From the IMG/VR virus record IMGVR_UViG_3300008886_000081: 64,000 nt of DNA. The stretch is one strand, 5' to 3'. The notes under the pieces are model-generated. The model ran no database searches and was not told where the DNA came from. It saw only the letters and a list, made by a program, of their open reading frames with translations. The translations under genes were made by a program, and so were the position numbers. This DNA is from a virus. How positions within the stretch are numbered: position 1 is the stretch's first letter; every line of letters starts with the position of its first letter. Positions 59,901 to 64,000 of the stretch are shown in pieces.

Positions 59901-60380
59901 TACTTTAATGGCAAAGAAGATCACAACCTGAAAAATGAAGTTGACATAGATATATATCAGCAGGGATCAATGCGCCTTAGCTCATTATCTTTCCAATTTC
60001 AAAAGACAGCGTCAAACTGGCAGGTAGCTGCCGTCTCGAACTTAAAAGTAACAGCAAGATTGCCGCATCTAGTAGGTACAGAGGGAAAAGACATTGTGTA
60101 CACTTTTAACCTTGAGGTCGGAATGCCTATTGTTTTAAGAGACGGAACATATATTTCGCCTCAGTATGCAGCGCAAGCCGCAGCAAATGCGGCAAATTCA
60201 GCAGCGGCATTTTTTCAAACTACCAAAGTAACTGCGTATATTAATACCCAGGCTATATTTGCGCAGCAATTTGCCTTCGCTATGCAAGGTTACTTGAATT
60301 TTGAAATTAGTGGGGCACGAGTGAGTAAAACCATAATGACACCTGGTGTAAAGCCAACAGAAGCCATTTGGACCTGGTAA
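53922..60380 (+). CDS. SpvB/TcaC-like + FG-GAP + RHS/YD polymorphic toxin (2152 aa)
   Basis: Signal peptide; GMQPQLSISY..GGANGIMGLGW; DxNxDG repeats; YD repeats; TDHLGS; GRFTQPD...NPLSNIDPSG-W core end; ~280-aa variable tip. Confidence 0.93.
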   Translation: MSIFRSPALILALLLIHVNSGLLRAQNPANLLLPNQQVVPSDETKRATQTIKLQPGFRYGAGSSGSRLTLQISAYPAYVEPGYSEPPTNCTFPAPSSGLVGETEGNFAVTPTGNAVYTIPIKCSPGTAGMQPQLSISYMSGGANGIMGLGWNLGGVSSITRTSKNPYFDTKNEGVKLVQADAFALNGNRMILKSGTSGNAGSTYGLELENFADITAQGQQGLGPQSFIVVDKNGTTVEFGTNADARLTSLGGTTVLAWMVSKVTDEFGNYMLYHYTQLNGELVLSSIEYTGNGSMAPYNELVFDYMPKTEKQTFYEGGEEFRKTQLLKSITAKAGGNLVKKYILQYEFGFTTLLSKLTEVNKDGSELAPTQFCWKDPYDNSVVQGTQNMALYSSANAAKYNSIKNTIAADLNSDGFSDMVVIDNSNNYEVLINPFVQNYQTSNSNGFTSALTSSNPSSNTDSLLSSHVYDSDFDNNQEVYAYFNDVSDPKKYYLQKINTIGVSNTNQMPTVQITQVGSPVTLNNRIDAMAIPSRFYYDKNDYTADGDLDELIVDGENVKLSSASGNATYTLNPRTMLARPVDFDGDGVLEVAVFEDQVTSLSVKILKYNASVFSLYFSGSIPFTGNSSAKLLRLIGVGDYNGDGKADIVFMNPAKSSLSVCFSNGISLTAPKAINEFTALNAALDYNISSPDINGNGINDIVITEYNTTNSLADYTSYYSIGDLFVKGPSGSGKFRDNVYQVMKYYYLSGGTKFDISKVEKTRAFEYSIDFNGDGTFDFVSLDGVNTKLVSNNLLSGNPKFIGNIFTGMGKNIEITYCNTGTRFDRTRTSVYQDSYTAYTGALRTFKPGNFVVSHVQMDASYPNQLVFDKQYVYQGAIFHKYGKGFIGFEQVTEIDEVTSIGSQTSFVLSTNNFQPSSTLSTSAKFTTASGGNSGQGAITFWNYNYSAMISEKKVAFQHSPLGAKRFFIAPQVENSRQFLNSTAMQVDYSYDLSKDGSPTQQLVSYGWPGQSPERTEQTDYTYQLVNGVYKPLQTKTTFVQGSNAPYIREANYTFDASGRLSQVVNDPTLGNQSLVTVYSQFTPFGIPTKINVSSGDILPRESQTLYDPTGRFVIKTINPKGDIEEFTYDPAFGNVLQSKNISGLITKYTYDGLGRLIKTKLPDNRTNSIRYQYTGSQNNPNRALFSKTVLNEGQPALTVEYSHWGQQVRTISENLNGLVVYSEKTYDNTGLIESSEPHYALGQNQAGYLVTKFTRDGYQRSLKAETFYKTIPTSYTSKGIFTDFSYNPLSTPFSYMKGWVKSVDQNGKTVVQENNAGGQATKVTNQVNTGSGPLAATGDLETSDYTYHSNGQPLSVTLSYSNISDVISHTFDYDALGNQTQLVDPSVGTINYAYNTLGEMLNYSDANGNFTYTYDVLGRVTQKVSPVSGTTTYQYVTANAGKNQLSKITGPNVTTELSYDYLGRPMSYQETLPASSKVFLSSFEYDANSRMNTYTYPSGYKTKYIYSPNGAGLKAIADDNNTVIWENAGQDATGHITEYAYGNGISTTVDFGELHNLKSIEHGSLHKQEYVFNPLNGNLASRTFHNYVSNQSNKEAFNFDALKRLSKSEQFNPANNNAIPNTANNITIDIKGNILHKDDAGDYLYNNPALPYGLTQINNPTANIPANALGVTINDFRKISQLTESTTGKEMNFTYGNNDERVKVDYLVNTVNQYSRYYQSNYEREESSSNTKEWTYIYAPTGLAAVFYKSNSTSAGQLLYALTDHLGSPVMLTNASRQIQEEYSFDAWGRRRNPADWSYSGFSTPTILHRGYTTHEHIDEFNLINMNGRVYDPVLGRFTQPDNQVQDPGFLQTFNKYAYVFNNPLSNIDPSGWAGGSAFGTESDGAVLGGLSAAYSNYGDYYAAQNGSGVPWAYPTGGGGGGGGNSWYSAGMATDIKYNAMMDGISGQWSYDSYSNSWGVLQQQTYGQRWVHNSNVNPNADGSLEAEAYEVAYFNGKEDHNLKNEVDIDIYQQGSMRLSSLSFQFQKTASNWQVAAVSNLKVTARLPHLVGTEGKDIVYTFNLEVGMPIVLRDGTYISPQYAAQAAANAANSAAAFFQTTKVTAYINTQAIFAQQFAFAMQGYLNFEISGARVSKTIMTPGVKPTEAIWTW

Positions 60381-60392
60381 AAAAATAAGAAA

Positions 60393-60953
60393 ATGAAAGA
60401 GGAAATATTAAAAATAATTTATACGTACTATCCAAGGAATATCATTAACTACACTGATGATTACTCTGAAAGGGTAGAACATATACGACTACGTTCGTCT
60501 ATTAAGATTGCGGAGGAAAATGTCCGCAAATGGAGTGTCTTTTTGGACAAGCTCAGTGAAGAAACACATCATAAATTCGAAATACAAGATTGGACTCAGC
60601 TATTCAACCACGATGCTTGTTATTGTTGCCGCTTGTCATACTCTTCTTCAAATAACATTTACGTTGATCTTTCTATTAACGTAAGCATAATATCAAACTA
60701 CTTTTCTATTTATTGTTCCACAACAGAAAAGATCAATGGTTGCTTTTCTATTCCGGAAATAGATTTTAGTTTGAAAAACATAGACGCTGCCCTTTTGGTT
60801 CAAATCAGAAAAACGATTTATTCAGCCTTCCCACAGTATGATGAATTTCCGGTTTCTTTAGTTCGTGAGATTGTCCCGGAAATTTGGATCGGAAATAAGA
60901 TGGTTGGTGAAGCAACTTTTTTCGACTGCATTTTTACGACCCATATTTGGTGA
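60393..60953 (+). CDS. putative cognate immunity protein
   Basis: AT-rich 186-aa ORF 12 bp after the RHS stop; assignment rests on position only. Confidence 0.65.
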   Translation: MKEEILKIIYTYYPRNIINYTDDYSERVEHIRLRSSIKIAEENVRKWSVFLDKLSEETHHKFEIQDWTQLFNHDACYCCRLSYSSSNNIYVDLSINVSIISNYFSIYCSTTEKINGCFSIPEIDFSLKNIDAALLVQIRKTIYSAFPQYDEFPVSLVREIVPEIWIGNKMVGEATFFDCIFTTHIW

Positions 60954-61001
60954 TAGTAATGAAAAATACAAAAAGAGGTGATGTATTTGTTGTAAAACTC
61001 A

Positions 61002-62171
61002 TTATATAAAAATACTTTTCAGCCGCTGGATGGCTTTCGGCGTATAGCTGTAGGTCTCCCAGACCTGTTTGTGCGCATAAACGCCAATGTCTTTCCGAAG
61101 CTGGATGTCATCGACCAGCTGAATGATCCTGTTGAGCCACTCCTCATCGGTGGTGGCTACAAAACCGCTCTCGCCTTCGCTGATGAGCTTATCGAAAGGG
61201 GCCATCTTCGTGGCGATGACGGGAACCATCAGGGAGGAGAAATCTATGTAGCGTTGCAGGGCCTTGCCTGTAGCATTATAAGCATTGTTCACAAAGGGCA
61301 GCAGGCCAATATCCAGCGTCAAATTATTCAGCCGGGTATGGTAGTCAAAAAAGAAAGAGGGCTTCTCATAAATCACGGGAAGCCCTTTGAGGCAACTGTT
61401 GTGTGCGATGCTGCGCTCGTTCCATCCATAGATGACCAGCTCCACCCTCTCACCGTGGCTTCCTAGTAAGGTGCGAAGTGGCTGCTCTATGGTCTTCAGA
61501 TCCTGCGCCTGGCTGGCGTCCAGGATCAGACCGATCCGGACACGCTCGCTGGTGTTACGCTGAATCTGCGGCATTTCCTCAAAGGTGAAGGGAGAGAGCA
61601 GGCTGCCGTAACGCTCCAGGTACAATTCCAGTTCCTCCGTTTTCTGTTCAGCCAGGTGACCGTAATAATTGAGGATGCTGCCATTCGGCGCTGTCAGGAT
61701 ATCCACCTTAAAAAAGTTCTCCAGGAACACATCCTTCAGCTGCTGGCGCAGTTTTTTGTAGTCCGGGTGGTAATCAGGCAGCTCATGGTAGTTTTGGTCC
61801 ACATCCATGATAAATTCAATCTTGGAATTGATCTCCCGCATGTTCCGGATAATGTAGCTGACATCGGTGAACAGCACCGGCATCACGACGTAATCCGCCC
61901 ACTGCACCAGGCGGTAATCGATGGGATTATCATAGTCGTCAAAGAGCTTGGTAAAATCCCACTTGTGAATGTCGCTGACAATGGCCGAGTGGGATTCGGT
62001 CCGGTTCAGCTCCAGGGCCGGCAGGATCAATCGGTAGTAACTGGTTTCATTGGCGCAGGCGGATAGGAAAAGCACGTGGATCTTCCCATCGTCGAAATGC
62101 AGTCCGGGGTACTTATCGCCGAAGTCTTTTGCTGTATTGAGGTGTGCGTAGAGTGTTTTAACGGTTTTCAT
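61002..62171 (-). CDS. GT-B fold glycosyltransferase (GT4-like, phage type)
   Basis: SYYRLILP; LDIGLLPF..N.YN..K...YID...VPVIAT...PF...I..G..GF. Confidence 0.8.
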   Translation of the reverse strand: MKTVKTLYAHLNTAKDFGDKYPGLHFDDGKIHVLFLSACANETSYYRLILPALELNRTESHSAIVSDIHKWDFTKLFDDYDNPIDYRLVQWADYVVMPVLFTDVSYIIRNMREINSKIEFIMDVDQNYHELPDYHPDYKKLRQQLKDVFLENFFKVDILTAPNGSILNYYGHLAEQKTEELELYLERYGSLLSPFTFEEMPQIQRNTSERVRIGLILDASQAQDLKTIEQPLRTLLGSHGERVELVIYGWNERSIAHNSCLKGLPVIYEKPSFFFDYHTRLNNLTLDIGLLPFVNNAYNATGKALQRYIDFSSLMVPVIATKMAPFDKLISEGESGFVATTDEEWLNRIIQLVDDIQLRKDIGVYAHKQVWETYSYTPKAIQRLKSIFI

Positions 62172-62177
62172 AGTTGG

Positions 62178-62450
62178 TTACGATTTTAGTCCTGTTTTAA
62201 TGCCTTGTTCATAGCGTTCAATGACTGCCCCATTCCGGGTGCCGTAGCTGTTTTCGTAGATCTCAACCACCAGGGCCAGATGTCCCCATCTGGCAATGCA
62301 CTTGCGAAGGCGCTGAAGGCCCAGCTCGGCATCCCTGTTGTGGGAGAATTTGCTCTTCCAGTCGATTGAATAGATTGTCCGGGTATTGCCGTCGGCAAAC
62401 CATACGATCAGTTTATGGTATGAATCCATACCGAGTTTCCAGGTGCTCAT
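62178..62450 (-). CDS. hypothetical protein
   Basis: 90-aa ORF coupled to neighbours. Confidence 0.7.
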   Translation of the reverse strand: MSTWKLGMDSYHKLIVWFADGNTRTIYSIDWKSKFSHNRDAELGLQRLRKCIARWGHLALVVEIYENSYGTRNGAVIERYEQGIKTGLKS

Positions 62451-62854
62451 GTGCTGAAGTAAAAATGAGTAATTAAGGTTAGTGTCGGGATTTTCTTTCG
62501 GTACATCGGGCCTTCATAGAGGTGAGCGCCCAGCCTGGCCTTTACTTCGCATACGACGACCACCAGGTCATCCGGCTTGATGTTTTCCTCCTTGGCCAGT
62601 GTATGCAGGTAATCAGTCACGGCCCGGCTCCGGCCTTCCTCATAATCGACACCGAAAAACTCGAGGATGGACTGAATGGTCAATGGCTCTATATGGCGGT
62701 TGTTTTCATAGAGATGCACGGTCAGTAGGCCGGATGCTGGCCGGAAGACCAGGCGCGCTTTTTCGGGCGCTATGTTCGCCTCCGTGGATTTGTGTACCAG
62801 GTAGCGCTGGATGCGCTTGTTCACCTGGTGCTCTGGGTTAAGATGTTCTAACAT
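62447..62854 (-). CDS. hypothetical protein with an internal two-fold repeat
   Basis: Start MLEHL at 62854; two units YL...E.NI.P....LV......L..HLYE. Confidence 0.7.
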   Translation of the reverse strand: MLEHLNPEHQVNKRIQRYLVHKSTEANIAPEKARLVFRPASGLLTVHLYENNRHIEPLTIQSILEFFGVDYEEGRSRAVTDYLHTLAKEENIKPDDLVVVVCEVKARLGAHLYEGPMYRKKIPTLTLITHFYFST

Positions 62855-62867
62855 GATCTTTGTTTTT

Positions 62868-63119
62868 TTATAGGTAGGTTCCAAATTGTGCATAGGCCCT
62901 GAGCTCTTCGATGATGATCGAAAGGCTTTTGTGTTCATAGTCGCGTCCATCCAGAACTTCGGGATCGGGATAGACATCTCCGATATTTTCTGCCAGGTAG
63001 TCAGGGTATTCGCAGGCGATGATCTTCTCTTTGCTCATCAACTTTTCGGCAGCTTCATAAATCGTGAGGTTGTAATCGTTGTGATCGACTACCGTGGTTG
63101 TTCCGTCTGTTGCTATCAT
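62868..63119 (-). CDS. hypothetical acidic protein
   Basis: 83-aa ORF that fills the operon gap. Confidence 0.65.
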   Translation of the reverse strand: MIATDGTTTVVDHNDYNLTIYEAAEKLMSKEKIIACEYPDYLAENIGDVYPDPEVLDGRDYEHKSLSIIIEELRAYAQFGTYL

Positions 63120-63132
63120 GTTTTTTTAGGAT

Positions 63133-63999
63133 TTAGCTGGGATGGGTGATTTGATGGAAGGTGGCCTGGCTGAGCACGGCAGCATGGAAGCGTTGCAGGA
63201 GCGCCGGGTCCTTCAGTTTTCCAAGCGTGTTCTCACATTGTCGAAAAAGTTGCAGCCTGGGTTGTTGATGGCGACCTGGCTTTTTCTCGTTGTTGACGAA
63301 AGTCCGAATCAACCTGGAAAGCGTTAACTCCCGCTTTACTTCTGCTTTCCTGGCCTGATCGGCAACATACCATTTTTTTGTTCCGGCAAAGCCATGCGGG
63401 TTGCGTGTATCGAAGTAGAGATAAGGCAGCGGAACATAACGCTTACCGGGATCCTTCAGCAGGTACTTATCCACCAGGGCGATGCGCTGAATGTACTGAT
63501 CGTGCGCCTTGCCGAGGTGTTCTGTTGATACCTGGTTGTAAAGGCCGTAAATGAGCTTTTTGGCGATGCTCACCTGGTGGACGGTCAAATCGGTGTGCTT
63601 GTACAGCAGGTTGCGGGCCATCATCCAGAAAAGGCCGGAATACAGCGTTAGGGAATTGTCGCGGGCGGCGTCGGGCGGAACATTCCTGTCGCCTGAGTTT
63701 TCCGCCCGCGAAACAATTTCCCCTGCTTCTTCCATATTTTTTTTAGGGACAATTTCCCCTGCGTTTCCAGCAGGGTTTCCAGTGATGTCACCGGAGCATT
63801 CACCCGTGAGCGATAGCGAACACCTTTCAGACTTATCAACGGCTATTAGTATATTATTTTTTATGTTACTTGTGTTACAGGAATATGTATGTGGACAAAT
63901 TGTCTTTCTATGTTTTGAATCCGTTGCAGGGAGCGTGATTCGGGGCGCCGTGGCCAGGCGCTCGCTTAGCTTCTGTTTTGTGTTTTCAACCGTCAGTTT
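63133..63999 (-). CDS. 5'-truncated gene, probable replication-initiator-like protein
   Basis: The frame of track ORF 63133-63735 is open to the window end (KLTVENTKQKLSERL...NNILIAVDK...); low-complexity linker then YVPLPYLYFD..NPHGFAGTKKW; function is inference. Confidence 0.5.
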   Translation of the reverse strand, partial: KLTVENTKQKLSERLATAPRITLPATDSKHRKTICPHTYSCNTSNIKNNILIAVDKSERCSLSLTGECSGDITGNPAGNAGEIVPKKNMEEAGEIVSRAENSGDRNVPPDAARDNSLTLYSGLFWMMARNLLYKHTDLTVHQVSIAKKLIYGLYNQVSTEHLGKAHDQYIQRIALVDKYLLKDPGKRYVPLPYLYFDTRNPHGFAGTKKWYVADQARKAEVKRELTLSRLIRTFVNNEKKPGRHQQPRLQLFRQCENTLGKLKDPALLQRFHAAVLSQATFHQITHPS

Positions 64000-64000
64000 C

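Larger units (their letters stand above)
11889..64000. mobile_element. integrated provirus-like element (>52 kb, right end outside the window)
   Basis: att fragment + tyrosine integrase + co-oriented minus-strand backbone with packaging-type ATPase, lysis enzymes and virion-like genes; two cargo insertions. Confidence 0.8.

Noticed and set aside
63713-63762. 14-bp direct repeat ACAATTTCCCCTGC as iterons
   Set aside because: Only two copies, in frame, encoding AGEIV twice within a linker; insufficient evidence

Overview
Bacteroidota (T9SS-bearing) chromosomal window. Left ~11.9 kb: AT-rich hypothetical genes, two T9SS-secreted surface proteins, an XRE regulator with a perfect 30-bp palindrome, a GIY-YIG-like gene and a large serine recombinase whose stop codon lies inside a tRNA-Leu(UAA) 3' fragment. 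That fragment (11889-11947, minus strand, 5' half missing) is an att junction. To its right, beside a tyrosine integrase, starts a >52 kb integrated element that runs off the window. Its minus-strand, GC-richer backbone has no recognisable terminase, portal, tail-tube or conjugation genes. It encodes an A32/P9-like (FtsK-HerA) packaging-type ATPase, a candidate jelly-roll-type capsid protein plus a paralogue with a 7-blade beta-propeller inserted, ~17 small membrane proteins (one annexin-like), a HExxH metalloprotease, three peptidoglycan hydrolases, a fibre/spike protein, a split DarB-like methylase + ParB-SNF2 pair, a glycosyltransferase and a probable Rep. Best interpretation (inference): a provirus of an unfamiliar tailless, membrane-containing virus group. 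Two cargo blocks interrupt the backbone: a defence block (TPR-GreAB-C-PIN, a CoiA-like nuclease with a ~1 kb overprinted second reading frame, AbiC-like) and a secreted toxin block (fibre-like protein, mini T9SS-CTD protein, SpvB/RHS toxin, putative immunity gene). All family assignments come from motif recognition by eye; no database searches or structure predictions were run.
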